A stretch of 64,000 nucleotides of DNA from assembly GCA_043825735.1 (NCBI GenBank), contig JBDRRP010000075.1:1-64000 (forward strand), read 5' to 3'. The first letter of the stretch is position 1, and each line of letters begins with the position of its first letter. This DNA is from Pseudomonadota bacterium. GTDB lineage: Bacteria > Desulfobacterota > Desulfobacteria > Desulfobacterales > JBDRRP01. The position numbers and the translations under genes were made by a program. Below the pieces are notes generated by a model. The model had not been told where the DNA came from, made no database searches, and saw only the letters and a list, made by a program, of their open reading frames with translations. Shown one piece after another: positions 20,865 to 30,833 of the stretch.

Positions 20865-21659
20865 TCACGGATTGAATAGGATCTGTTCGGCGGTTTCCAG
20901 GGTGGCCACGGGAAACTGTTCGGCCTCGGCAATGCGCCATTCCCGCGAAGAATTGTAGCCCCAACCGGCCAGCACGCAGCGCACCCCCAACGGGGCGACC
21001 CCCTGAAGATGGTTGACCTTGTCATCGACAAACGTAATGGCTTCCAGCGGCAGCCCCGTCCGCTCGGACAAGGCCCTGAGGTGGGCGGTCTTGTGGCGCC
21101 CGGTTTCCTTATCGAGGATGCACCCGGTAGGAAAAAGATCGCCGATGCCCATGTGGTTCAATAGCCGCCGCACCGAATCCCTGTCCTTGGCGGTCACGAT
21201 GGCCAGGATTATCGAGCCGGCATGGCGCCGCAGCAGATCGACAAATTCATCGTAAGCCCGGTGAAGGGCGAGCCATGCATTCTGGTTGGTTTTTTTCAAA
21301 GCATTGCGTTCAAAGTAGAACGAGCGGTGATATCTTCTCAACCAACCGGCTTCCTGGGCTTTGAAATAGGCATAATAGCTCTCCTGATCGCCGATATCCG
21401 CCCCTTCTTCGCAGATTTTCAGGGCCACGCCAAAGTCTTCGGCGCGGTTTCCCAGTGGCTGAAGCTGGGTGAATTCCTGATATTCCGGATCTGAGAGAAA
21501 ATCGAAGGCGCCCGCCCCCCCCTTTTCGGCGATGGCCGACAGCTTGTGCCGCCACCGGGAACGCGGATGCAGGGCCGTGAAAGCGCGAAGCGCCGTGACA
21601 TACACCTCCCGACCGCTGTCGCAAATCACACCGTCGAAATCCAGCGCCAGTGCCTTCAT
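20865..21659 (-). CDS. HAD-superfamily hydrolase (phosphatase)
   Basis: Motif I DFDGV at the N-terminus, VTAK, K, FVDD motif IV, GWGY; GGAG RBS before 21659. Confidence 0.8.
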   Translation of the reverse strand: MKALALDFDGVICDSGREVYVTALRAFTALHPRSRWRHKLSAIAEKGGAGAFDFLSDPEYQEFTQLQPLGNRAEDFGVALKICEEGADIGDQESYYAYFKAQEAGWLRRYHRSFYFERNALKKTNQNAWLALHRAYDEFVDLLRRHAGSIILAIVTAKDRDSVRRLLNHMGIGDLFPTGCILDKETGRHKTAHLRALSERTGLPLEAITFVDDKVNHLQGVAPLGVRCVLAGWGYNSSREWRIAEAEQFPVATLETAEQILFNP

Positions 21660-22033
21660 GAGCTCCCCCCGGGCTGTGCTCCCGGCCTCGCTGCTGTGTG
21701 GCGGGTTATGCCATATGATGACCACCCTGAGGCTATTTTTCAAGTCGTTTCTGACGGATGGGAAAAAGGCGCCCGTGAAAAGGTGAATGGCGCTCTTTTC
21801 CCGGGCCGCGGAAAACAGGTTAGATGCGGGGGCCGGAGCCCCCGAAGACATCGCTTTTACCGGCCGGGCCCGTTGAACAACGATTCCCATCGATGCTATA
21901 GGACAGGCAGCCGGCGCGACAGTGTCGCCCCGCCACCCTCCCGCGTTTCCCGCACCCCGGGATAAGCCGGGTGTTGAATATAAAAATGCCCGGAGGTCAC
22001 ACCGTTGAACCACATACGAGCGGAGACTAGTCC

Positions 22034-23173
22034 ATGGCCATCGTCAAACAGGTAACCGGCGCCCGAAAAGGGATGAAAGACTTTATCGACTTTCCTTACA
22101 CGATCTACCGGGTAGACCCCAACTGGTGCCCTTTGCCCCGATTTGAACGCAAGCAGTTTTTCAGCCCTCAAAACCCGTCCATGGCCAACATGGAAGTCGC
22201 CTACTTCGTCGCCTACGACGGCGAGCGGCCGATCGGCCGGGTGACGGCCCACACAGATGAAGGGCACAATCGTCACTATAAGACGCGCCAGGGATTTTTC
22301 GGGTTTTACGAAGCGTTGGACGAACCCGCCGTCGCCCCGCTATTGATGCAGGCCGTGGAGCGATGGGTGCGGGAGAGGCGGATGACATCGGTCATCGGGC
22401 CCATGAATTTCACCACCAAGCACGAACTGGGGTTTCTCACCGAAGGGTTCCAGTATCCGCCGACCATACTGATGCCATATACCAAAGCGTATTATCCCAG
22501 GCAGATGGCCGATCTCGGGTACCGCGTCGAAAAAGAGCTGGTGGCCTACCGTCTGGACCGGCGCACACCCCTTCCGGAAAATCTTCCGAGAATGGTCAAC
22601 CGCCTCATGGAAAAACACGGCGGGGACATCACCATCCGGGCCATCGATATGACGCGCTTTTATGAAGACGTCGAAACCATGCGGAGGATCTACAACTCCG
22701 CCTGGGATGGCAACTGGGGGTTTATCCCCATGGAAATCGACGAGATGAACGATATGGCCAAACAGTTGAAATTCTTTGCCGAGCTGCCGTTCATCACCCT
22801 CGTTTTCAAAAAGAACCGGCCCGCCGCATTTTTGCTGCCAATGCCCGATATCAACGAGGTTTTCTTCAAAATTCCGGACGGACGCCTGTTTCCGACCGGT
22901 TTCTTGAAACTCCTGCGTCACAAGCGTTATATCCGCACCGGCAGCATCCTGCTGATGGGGGTCATGCCCGAATACCGGCTGCAGGGGCTGGAGCTGATCA
23001 TGTTCGACCGGCTCATGCGCGATGCGCTCAAACAGAACCACTACGACTATCTGGAAACGACGTGGATCCTGGCCGACAATTATTTGATGTGCCGCGGGAT
23101 GGACTATCTGGGCGCACAGTTGAACAAGCGCTACATCGTGGTAAAAAAGGAACTGTCGCCCCTGCAAGAATAG
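22034..23173 (+). CDS. YghO/bacterial ceramide synthase (bCerS)-like double-GNAT N-acyltransferase
   Basis: FIDFPY.IY..DPNW, GRV.AH, GFFGFYE, GPMNFTT..ELG, MPY...YY, YNSAW..NWGFIPM, LPDIN, LMGV.PEYR..G, WIL.DN motifs of the YghO family. Confidence 0.7.
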   Translation: MAIVKQVTGARKGMKDFIDFPYTIYRVDPNWCPLPRFERKQFFSPQNPSMANMEVAYFVAYDGERPIGRVTAHTDEGHNRHYKTRQGFFGFYEALDEPAVAPLLMQAVERWVRERRMTSVIGPMNFTTKHELGFLTEGFQYPPTILMPYTKAYYPRQMADLGYRVEKELVAYRLDRRTPLPENLPRMVNRLMEKHGGDITIRAIDMTRFYEDVETMRRIYNSAWDGNWGFIPMEIDEMNDMAKQLKFFAELPFITLVFKKNRPAAFLLPMPDINEVFFKIPDGRLFPTGFLKLLRHKRYIRTGSILLMGVMPEYRLQGLELIMFDRLMRDALKQNHYDYLETTWILADNYLMCRGMDYLGAQLNKRYIVVKKELSPLQE

Positions 23174-23265
23174 CGTTCGGCGGTCTTCCTGAAGCGGGCC
23201 TGTTCCGGGATCAGCGCCATGGCCGCAAGGTACCGCATAAAGCCGGACCCTCAGGCCCCGGACCG

Positions 23266-25506
23266 TCACGGACGGGTGACGGAGGCCTCCAACACCGTCA
23301 GGGACGGACCCGCCGACATCGGCCCGGACGCCGGCGGCGTGATCCGCATGGTGGCCCTCTCGATGAAAAGCGACAAACCGTCTGGTGGGCGGCAGTCCAC
23401 ATAGGCACCGCATTCGACGCCTTCCATATCCGTTTCCGGCGAAAACAGATAAGACAGCCGAAGCCGCTCGCCGGCGGACAACGCCACCGGCTTCCTGAAG
23501 TGCTCCCGCGTACCACGCCCGCTGGTCAGTTTGTTCTCGAGTGTGATCTCGCCCTGCTTTCCGATGAGACGCATTTCCACAGACACCGCCACCCTGGATC
23601 CGGCGGCAAGGCTCAGATACTGGCCGGCGTAGATGATCTGACGGGGAGACTTAGGTTGCAACGGCACGGTGCGTGCCGAGGTCAGCAAGTAGTCTTTCGG
23701 CACGGCCTGATCCGAATGCGCCGAACGGCTCCGCACGGCCACGGCCCGCAGGAACCGGCGCTCGGCATCGGGCATGGCTTCCCGGGTCAATCCGGTGCGA
23801 ACCGGTGCGCCGACGGTCAGCCGATAGGTCGCACAGTTCACAAACGATTCGTCACAGATGTGGTATTTATCGTCGGTGCCGAGCGCCCCCACGATGCGGC
23901 GGTAGGTATTGCCGAAAACGATCGGCCGAGGAGTGCCGTATCGTCTGAAAAGGCTTCGGCCGTTCAGGGCCGGTGCACGATCGGCCACCCCCACTGCGTC
24001 GAGAATGCTCAGCGCGATGTCGCTTTGCATGAAACGCTCGGTGACTTTCAGATGCTCGCCGGAGGGCAGGTGTGCGATAAACAGCCCGATATTGGGCCCC
24101 AGCAGGGTGTCCACCGCGCTGGCAGCAGGGCCGAGGGGACCGGCGGATTCATCCGAGGTGATGACGACCAGCGTATCGTCGAGCACCCCCCGCTGGGCCA
24201 GGGTGGAAAGAAATGTCGACAGCGCGTCATCCAGATGCCTGAACGCCGCCGCCTGTCGATCGCCGTTTTGCGGATAGGTCTCGGGCAGATAGAAGGGATG
24301 ATGGGTGCCCACATTGAGCAGCGCTAAAAACCAGGGGCGGCCGCCGGCGTTCAGATCATCGATCATGTTGACGCTCTGCTCAAAGAACGCCCTGTCGTCC
24401 ACGCCCCATTTTCCCTCGGCATAGGCACGGGAAAACCACTCTCGCCCGTGCACCGACTGGAATCCGGCGCGCGCCATGAAGACATCCTTCATCATGAAAG
24501 AGAGCGGCGCGGCCTGTAGGTAGGCGGTGCGGTAGCCGCTGCCGCTGAGAACGGCCGGCAGGCAGGCATTTTCCCCTGAGGGCTGGTAGGTCGACATCTT
24601 CGGTGTGTCGGTAATCAGGGCGGGCAGATCGCCGCACAAAATGGCGTATTCCCCACGATTGGTCTGGCGCTGCTGGGTGATGAGCCGGGGTGCGTATACG
24701 GCCATCTCGGAAAACCGTTTGAGCTTGGGCATGAGCGCTTGGCCGGCGGGCACGCCGGGGCCCCGCGGCACTGGACTCAAATACAGGGACGAGACCGACT
24801 CCAGGATGATCAGCAACACGTTCGGAGGCGGTCCCAAAGCGGCCTGGAAGACGCTGTCGCCTGACAGGTCCCTTGAGAAAACCTTCTCCACCGCGGCGGA
24901 TTCCGACGCGGTGAGCGTGGTTTCGGCCGTGACCGGCCGGTGCCGTTTTCCTGCGGCGACATGCAGGTTTGCCGCCAGGGCATGGGTGCGCTGCCACCGG
25001 TCGGCTGCATCACCGGGGTATCCGGCCATCAGAAAAAACAAAGCGGCGGCCCATGAAAGCACCTGCCAGGCAGTTCGCGGCGTCCGGGTGCACGGACGCG
25101 TCGCCGAAAACATCATGACACCGCTGAGAAAAACCAACCCGGTCAGCACGGCCGCATGGGTTACCCGCAGAAACGACCCGAAGAGGAAAGTGCGCTCCAG
25201 CAGGTAGCCGGCGTGGGTAAACAGCGGCAGAACATTCAATGCCCGTATGTGCTCGTAGACGGCGCTCTGGGCAAGACACCACAAAACGGCAGCGCTCACC
25301 GCCGCCCACCGGCTGCGCCGGCCGATGGCCACCAGCGGCAGGCTGATCACAAACGCCACCGCGGCGTCGGCCCAAAACCCCGTCAGCGACCGGGCGCTCA
25401 TCAAGACGCCCTTTTCCAGCATCAGTATCACCCGAAATACCCACGCCGGCAGCACCAGCGCGCCGACGGCAAACGGATATTGCAGGATTGATCGCCATTT
25501 TCTCAT
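23266..25506 (-). CDS. LTA synthase/sulfatase-like membrane phosphotransferase
   Basis: About five N-terminal TM helices, then LLIILES, catalytic Thr (QTNRGE), THHPF and ITSDE alkaline-phosphatase-superfamily motifs. Confidence 0.75.
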   Translation of the reverse strand: MRKWRSILQYPFAVGALVLPAWVFRVILMLEKGVLMSARSLTGFWADAAVAFVISLPLVAIGRRSRWAAVSAAVLWCLAQSAVYEHIRALNVLPLFTHAGYLLERTFLFGSFLRVTHAAVLTGLVFLSGVMMFSATRPCTRTPRTAWQVLSWAAALFFLMAGYPGDAADRWQRTHALAANLHVAAGKRHRPVTAETTLTASESAAVEKVFSRDLSGDSVFQAALGPPPNVLLIILESVSSLYLSPVPRGPGVPAGQALMPKLKRFSEMAVYAPRLITQQRQTNRGEYAILCGDLPALITDTPKMSTYQPSGENACLPAVLSGSGYRTAYLQAAPLSFMMKDVFMARAGFQSVHGREWFSRAYAEGKWGVDDRAFFEQSVNMIDDLNAGGRPWFLALLNVGTHHPFYLPETYPQNGDRQAAAFRHLDDALSTFLSTLAQRGVLDDTLVVITSDESAGPLGPAASAVDTLLGPNIGLFIAHLPSGEHLKVTERFMQSDIALSILDAVGVADRAPALNGRSLFRRYGTPRPIVFGNTYRRIVGALGTDDKYHICDESFVNCATYRLTVGAPVRTGLTREAMPDAERRFLRAVAVRSRSAHSDQAVPKDYLLTSARTVPLQPKSPRQIIYAGQYLSLAAGSRVAVSVEMRLIGKQGEITLENKLTSGRGTREHFRKPVALSAGERLRLSYLFSPETDMEGVECGAYVDCRPPDGLSLFIERATMRITPPASGPMSAGPSLTVLEASVTRP

Positions 25507-25712
25507 TGCGGTGAGCCCATCTCCTGGCGCCCTCTTTTGAAACGGCCGTAGCCGCACCTTCGCTCCCCGGCGTTGACTAACGGCGGCCAGTTGGTGTCAA
25601 ATGCCGGAAAAGGACGGATACCCGCCGCTGGCGCCATCGCCACCCCGGACGGAAGCAGTCGATACCGTTGACCCGGCCGCAGCCGCTGCGGCAGTGAAAG
25701 GAAGCGTCCGCT

Positions 25713-26471
25713 GTGCCCCGGATCCCACGAATCATTCACCAAACATGGAAAACGAATCGTGTTCCAAAGCGTTTCGCGTCATTTGTCCACGGTTGGGTGC
25801 ACCACCACCCCGGCTGGCGGCACATCCTGTGGACCGACCGTTCCAGCCGGCAATACGTTCGGGGCCGCTACCCTGCCCTCTTGCCCCTTTACGACGCCTA
25901 CGATGCAAATATCAAGCGGGTGGACATGTTCCGGTACCTGGTCATGCTCGGCATCGGCGGCGTTTACGCCGACCTCGATGTCGAGTGCCTGGCGCCGATG
26001 CAGCCGCTGCTGGATACCGGCCGCACCTGCATCCTCGGGCTGGAGCCGGAGCTGCACGCCCAACGGCTCTACGGTCGCGCCCGCCTGGTCTCCAACGCGG
26101 TGCTGGCCTCGGCGGCAGGACATCCTTTCTGGACCCACGTCATCGGCGTCATGGAATCTTGCTGCAGGGAAAAAGATGTCCTTTCGGCCACGGGCCCCAT
26201 GATGCTGACAAGCGCCGTGGATTCCTTTCCGGCGGCCGATGTCCGCCTTCTTCCCAGTGCCGTCTGGAGTCCGTTGGTGGATCTGGCCAACAGCGCCCTG
26301 AACCTGACCCCCACCGAGCGCGAGCATTTCACCGGCATGCGCCGGAGGCAGGCCTACCCGGCCGAGTCCCTGGCCGTCCACCATTGGGCGGGCACGTGGT
26401 ATTCGGGCGGATGGCCCGGCGCCTTGAACCGTCTTTGGGTCAAGGCGGTCTCACGCTTTCGCCGTCGATGA
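25713..26471 (+). CDS. GT32 glycosyltransferase (Och1/Sur1-like DxD)
   Basis: IPRIIHQTWK, RVDMFRY....GGVYADLD, GHPFW, TGP, HHWAGTW. Confidence 0.85.
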   Translation: MPRIPRIIHQTWKTNRVPKRFASFVHGWVHHHPGWRHILWTDRSSRQYVRGRYPALLPLYDAYDANIKRVDMFRYLVMLGIGGVYADLDVECLAPMQPLLDTGRTCILGLEPELHAQRLYGRARLVSNAVLASAAGHPFWTHVIGVMESCCREKDVLSATGPMMLTSAVDSFPAADVRLLPSAVWSPLVDLANSALNLTPTEREHFTGMRRRQAYPAESLAVHHWAGTWYSGGWPGALNRLWVKAVSRFRRR

Positions 26472-26546
26472 TGTTCGCTGTCGACAGACGGGCCGTCCGG
26501 TTCCCCGCCGGTGATGGTCCGGAAACCGGAAAAGAGCGATCCGGCG

Positions 26547-27245
26547 TCAGCGCAGATATCCGATGAGCGCCGCGGCGCCGGCCGCGGCGACAAACAGTCG
26601 CTTCCATGACCGCTCGGCGGCCTTGAAAACAAAGGAGTCCCAGCCCATCCACGTGTCGCCTCGCAGATGAAAGACGTAGGCTCGCTCGGCATCGTGGGAG
26701 TGGTAGTGGGCATCGTGGAAAGCGATGACCTTGCGCCGGTAGGCGGATCGGCGCACCGTCATCGTTAAATACAGCGACCCGGTCGTCAGCAGAATACGGA
26801 AATGCCGCGAAACGAGGGGGCGCTGCCACCGGTGGCTTGCCGCTGGCAGCGAGTCGACCAGCATGCGAAACAGGGGATGGCCGGGAACGCTCATCATCAG
26901 ATCGTTTGAAAAAGTGGACAGCGATGTCGGTGCCAGCACGACCGGATACTTGCGGTAGGCGTCCAGCGGGTGAATACACAGCAGGTCCAGATCACTGTAG
27001 AGCCCGCCGTAGTGATGAAGCAGCATGTAGCGCGCGGCGTCCACCCGCTGGATGTCGTCCGGATAAGACTGATACAGCGGCCACAGGTGCCGATAGCGGC
27101 GTTTCACAAACCCGGCCAGATCGGCATCGGTCCAGAACCGGTATTCCCACTGAGGATGATACGCCTGCCATGACAGCATCGAGCGTTCAAACCGTCGGGG
27201 CGGGTGCTCGTCTTTCCAGGTCTGGTGAATGATGTTCGGAATCAC
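26547..27245 (-). CDS. GT32 glycosyltransferase, Sur1/Csh1 (MIPC synthase)-like
   Basis: IPNIIHQTWK, QRVDAARY.LLHHYGGLYSDLD, SNDLMMSVPGHPLF, FHLRGDTW..WD and a C-terminal hydrophobic anchor. Confidence 0.85.
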   Translation of the reverse strand: MIPNIIHQTWKDEHPPRRFERSMLSWQAYHPQWEYRFWTDADLAGFVKRRYRHLWPLYQSYPDDIQRVDAARYMLLHHYGGLYSDLDLLCIHPLDAYRKYPVVLAPTSLSTFSNDLMMSVPGHPLFRMLVDSLPAASHRWQRPLVSRHFRILLTTGSLYLTMTVRRSAYRRKVIAFHDAHYHSHDAERAYVFHLRGDTWMGWDSFVFKAAERSWKRLFVAAAGAAALIGYLR

Positions 27246-27251
27246 GGGAAA

Positions 27252-28877
27252 TCACCGCTTTCTGACACGGCCGCCGTCCATCCAGACCAACCGGTCCGCC
27301 AGATGGAAATAACGGTCGTCATGGGTAATGACGATGAGGGTTTTACCCTCGCGCTTCATCTGCTCAAGAAACGCGCCGTAAAAATAATCCCTGAAATCGG
27401 CTTCCTGGTCGGCCGTCATTTCATCCACCACCAGAACCGGGCGATCGTCGACAAGCGCGACCAGCAGCGCCAGCCGCCGCCGCTGACCGGCGGACAGGGT
27501 TGTGGTGGACAGTTTCCCCCCCGTTATGGAAACTTTGTGCGCCAGCCCCAACTGTTGAAGCCAGCCGGCACACCGCTCCATATCGAGGGCAGAGCTGCTG
27601 TAAATCCGCTCGAAAAGGTAAAAATCGCTGAAAACGAAAGAAAAAAGACCCCGGTAGCTGTCGGCGCCGCCTGCATCAACGGGCTGACCATCCCTTAGAA
27701 CGCAGCCGCTTTGGGGTTGATAGAGGCCGGCGATGATCTTGCTCAAGGTCGTTTTCCCGCTGCCGTTTCCACCGGTAATGAAGACCACCTGCCCTTTTTC
27801 GATCTCCAGATCGATTTCCGAAACGCCGAAGGCATGCGCGCCGTCGGTTTCCAGGGGATAGCTGAAGCCGACGCCGGCCAGCACGATGCGATTGAACCGG
27901 TCAGGGTCCGCCGGCAAACGACGGTCGGCCGGCATGCCGGCCCGGGTGTTTTCAAAAGAGGCTCTTTCCCATAGTGCGCCCAAGTGTTCCAACGCCACCT
28001 TGAGAGACAGCAGCTGCAACGCACAATAAAAAAATTGGCCGCCCGGCATTATCATGTAGAGCAGCACCACCGCAATCCGGGAAACGAGCTCCGGCTGTCC
28101 GGGATATCGATGCGGCATACCGAACAGCACGAAGCCGAGAAACACAAAAAACATTCCCAGCCCCAATGAGTAGTTGAACTGGATGGCGCGGTGGGCAGCG
28201 ATACGCAGTGCCATGGTCTGCCGGAAGCCGGGGCGGAGGTGGTCGTTGAAAAACACGCCCCGCTTGCCCTGATTGAGTTTCAATTCCTTGAATCCGCCGA
28301 GGAAATCGACAATGAACCGATAGAGCCGGTCGGCGTGGGTTCTGGCTGCCGAAAGCCGCCTCTTTGCAGCCTGCTGCCGGAAGAGGTACATACCGACCCC
28401 ACCGGCAATAATGGCCAATGTGGCGAAAAAAACCTGCGGCGCCAGCCACAGCAGATAGGCCATGCACACCATGAGGGTCACCGCTCCGGATATCATTTCC
28501 ACGACATCGGGGACAAAACGGGATATGGCGGCGCAGTCATCGGTCAGTACGGTGTGGATCTGCTCGTGACCGATCCGCTCGAAGTCCTCCAGGGCGCATT
28601 CCTGCAGCCCCTCCAGAATGTCGAGCCGGGCTTTCATGGTCAGTTCTTCGACCACCTTGTTGATGCTCACCGACATGCAGAAACGAAAAACAAGATAGAG
28701 CGCCAGCAAAAGAAAAAACGACGCCGCCCGGTGAAAAGAGAAGTAGTCGCGGGTCGCAATGACCCCCGAGACCACGAGCATCATCAGGCCGCTGGCCGCG
28801 CCCGTGCACAGACTGAAGGCGGCGCACGCGAGCAGTTGTTTGCGTGATGCCAGATACAATACGCGCAGATATCTCAT
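27252..28877 (-). CDS. Fused ABC exporter of the cyclic-peptide (PvdE/SyrD/YojI) family
   Basis: Six TM helices, GFKELKLN, GGNGSGKT, FSDFYLF, LSAGQRRRLAL, DE.TADQ. Confidence 0.85.
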   Translation of the reverse strand: MRYLRVLYLASRKQLLACAAFSLCTGAASGLMMLVVSGVIATRDYFSFHRAASFFLLLALYLVFRFCMSVSINKVVEELTMKARLDILEGLQECALEDFERIGHEQIHTVLTDDCAAISRFVPDVVEMISGAVTLMVCMAYLLWLAPQVFFATLAIIAGGVGMYLFRQQAAKRRLSAARTHADRLYRFIVDFLGGFKELKLNQGKRGVFFNDHLRPGFRQTMALRIAAHRAIQFNYSLGLGMFFVFLGFVLFGMPHRYPGQPELVSRIAVVLLYMIMPGGQFFYCALQLLSLKVALEHLGALWERASFENTRAGMPADRRLPADPDRFNRIVLAGVGFSYPLETDGAHAFGVSEIDLEIEKGQVVFITGGNGSGKTTLSKIIAGLYQPQSGCVLRDGQPVDAGGADSYRGLFSFVFSDFYLFERIYSSSALDMERCAGWLQQLGLAHKVSITGGKLSTTTLSAGQRRRLALLVALVDDRPVLVVDEMTADQEADFRDYFYGAFLEQMKREGKTLIVITHDDRYFHLADRLVWMDGGRVRKR

Positions 28878-29076
28878 CGAGTCGCTTCTTTGTGATGGAT
28901 GGCCGGCTGCCCGGTCATCGGGCACACATCCCTACCACAGGTGTGATTTTAATGACAACCGGTACCCGGCCATGCGATCTCATGCCGGAAAAGCCATTAT
29001 TTTCTTGCCCTGAATTTTTGTCTTGAGTAAAAAAGAAATTTTCGGTGCTGTAAAGATTCGACCAAAAGAGGGGAAT

Positions 29077-30186
29077 ATGGGTAATATCCGCGTTGCGATC
29101 GTCGGCATCGGGAACTGTGCCAGTGCGTTGATCCAGGGAATTCACTACTACCGGACCCCGGAAAATTCGTCAGCGCCGGGCTTGCTGCGTAAAGAGATCG
29201 GCGGGTACGGTCCCGGAGACATATCGGTGGTGGCGGCCCTGGACATCGACGAGAGAAAAGTGGGCCGGGATCTGGGCGAAGCCGTTTTTGCTCAGCCCAA
29301 CTGCACGGCGGTGTTCAATAAAGACATTCCAGCGTCCGGGGTCATCGTGCACATGGGCCGCATCCTTGACGGGGTGTCCGAGCACATGACGAGCGCAGGC
29401 GACGAATGCGGGTTTGCACCGGCGAGGGCGCCCGAGCCGACAAAGGACGAAGTCGTCGCCCTTTTCAATCGCTCCAAGGTCGACATCCTTTTAAATTATC
29501 TGCCCGTGGGCGCGGTGGCCGCTACCCGTTTTTACGCCGAATGCGCCCTGGAAGCCGGCGCCGGATTCGTAAACAACATACCGGTTTTCATCGCCAGCGA
29601 TCCGCAATGGGCTGCGCGTTTTGCCGAAAAGCGGCTGCCGGTCGTCGGAGACGACATCAAGTCACAAATAGGCGCCACCATCATCCACCGGGCCCTGGGG
29701 CGGCTCTTCAAGCAGCGCGGCGTCACGCTCGATCGTACCTACCAGCTCAATGTCGGCGGGAACACGGATTTTCGTAACATGCTCAACCGGGACCGGCTGC
29801 AGTACAAAAAGACCTCCAAGACCGAGGCCGTCCAGGCCTCCCTGACGGCCCCCCTGGCTGCGGCCGACATCCATATCGGCCCCAGCGACTACGTGCCGTG
29901 GCTCAAGGACAACAAAGTCTGCCACATCCGGATGGAAGGCCGCACCTTCGGCAACGTGCCCATGACCCTGGACCTCAAGCTGTCCGTGGAGGACTCTCCC
30001 AACAGCGCCGGGGTGGTTATCGACGCCATCCGCTGCTGCCGGCTGGCGCTGGACCGCGGCATCGGCGGCCCGCTGGAGGCGGCCTGCGCCGCATTCATGA
30101 AACACCCGCCCGTCTACCACGATGACGAGACGGCGTTCCGGATGACGGAAGCCTTCATTGCCCAAAACGATAAAACGCAGCCATGA
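29077..30186 (+). CDS. ino1: myo-inositol-1(3)-phosphate synthase
   Basis: GIGNCAS, NYLPVG, GDDIKSQIGAT, YQLNVGGNTDF.NM, SKT.AV, GPSDYVPWL.DNK, VEDSPNSAG. Confidence 0.95.
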   Translation: MGNIRVAIVGIGNCASALIQGIHYYRTPENSSAPGLLRKEIGGYGPGDISVVAALDIDERKVGRDLGEAVFAQPNCTAVFNKDIPASGVIVHMGRILDGVSEHMTSAGDECGFAPARAPEPTKDEVVALFNRSKVDILLNYLPVGAVAATRFYAECALEAGAGFVNNIPVFIASDPQWAARFAEKRLPVVGDDIKSQIGATIIHRALGRLFKQRGVTLDRTYQLNVGGNTDFRNMLNRDRLQYKKTSKTEAVQASLTAPLAAADIHIGPSDYVPWLKDNKVCHIRMEGRTFGNVPMTLDLKLSVEDSPNSAGVVIDAIRCCRLALDRGIGGPLEAACAAFMKHPPVYHDDETAFRMTEAFIAQNDKTQP

Positions 30187-30833
30187 GCGGTTATCAACGG
30201 TGGCGCCGCCGCGCCGAAAAGTGGTTTTTGTCGATTGTCGCCGTCGCCTGCAACGCCATGGCGGCCGGTGGCCTGACCCCCAACGCGGTCACCGTTTCCG
30301 GCTTTTTGCTCAGCGCGGCGGCCGGCGCCTGCTATGCCCGCGGATGGCTACTGGCCGCCGGGCTGGTGGTGCTTTTCGCCGGTGTGTGCGACGCCGCCGA
30401 CGGCATGCTGGCTCGGCGCACCGGCCGGGAAAGCCGTTTCGGTGCCTTTCTGGACAGCTCATTGGATCGGCTGGGAGAGATCTGCCTGTTTTGCGGCCTC
30501 ATGTGGCACTTCGCCCCCATCAGCCGCGCCGCAGCGCTGATGTGCATGCTGGCGCTCACCGGATCGCTGATGGTGAGCTATACCCGGGCGCGGGCCGAAG
30601 GGCTCGGCGTCACGTGCCGTGTCGGCTGGATGCAGCGCCCGGAGCGCATGGCCTTGCTGATTGCCGGTTCTCTTGCCGGCGCGCTGCCGGCGGTGGGCGA
30701 TGTGCTCATGTCCGGTGTCCTGACGGCACTGGCCGTGGCAAGCTACTTTTCCATGATCCAGCGGATCGTTCACGTCTTCAGCAGTCTTCGCGGGGACGCG
30801 CGTAGCAGTGGCCGAAATAGCGGTTCACCATGA
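30183..30833 (+). CDS. CDP-alcohol phosphatidyltransferase (PI/PIP synthase-like)
   Basis: TPNAVT and signature DAADGMLAR....FGAFLDSSLD; SYTRARAEGLG..VG..RPER; ATGA overlap with the ino1 stop. Confidence 0.9.
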   Translation: MSGYQRWRRRAEKWFLSIVAVACNAMAAGGLTPNAVTVSGFLLSAAAGACYARGWLLAAGLVVLFAGVCDAADGMLARRTGRESRFGAFLDSSLDRLGEICLFCGLMWHFAPISRAAALMCMLALTGSLMVSYTRARAEGLGVTCRVGWMQRPERMALLIAGSLAGALPAVGDVLMSGVLTALAVASYFSMIQRIVHVFSSLRGDARSSGRNSGSP

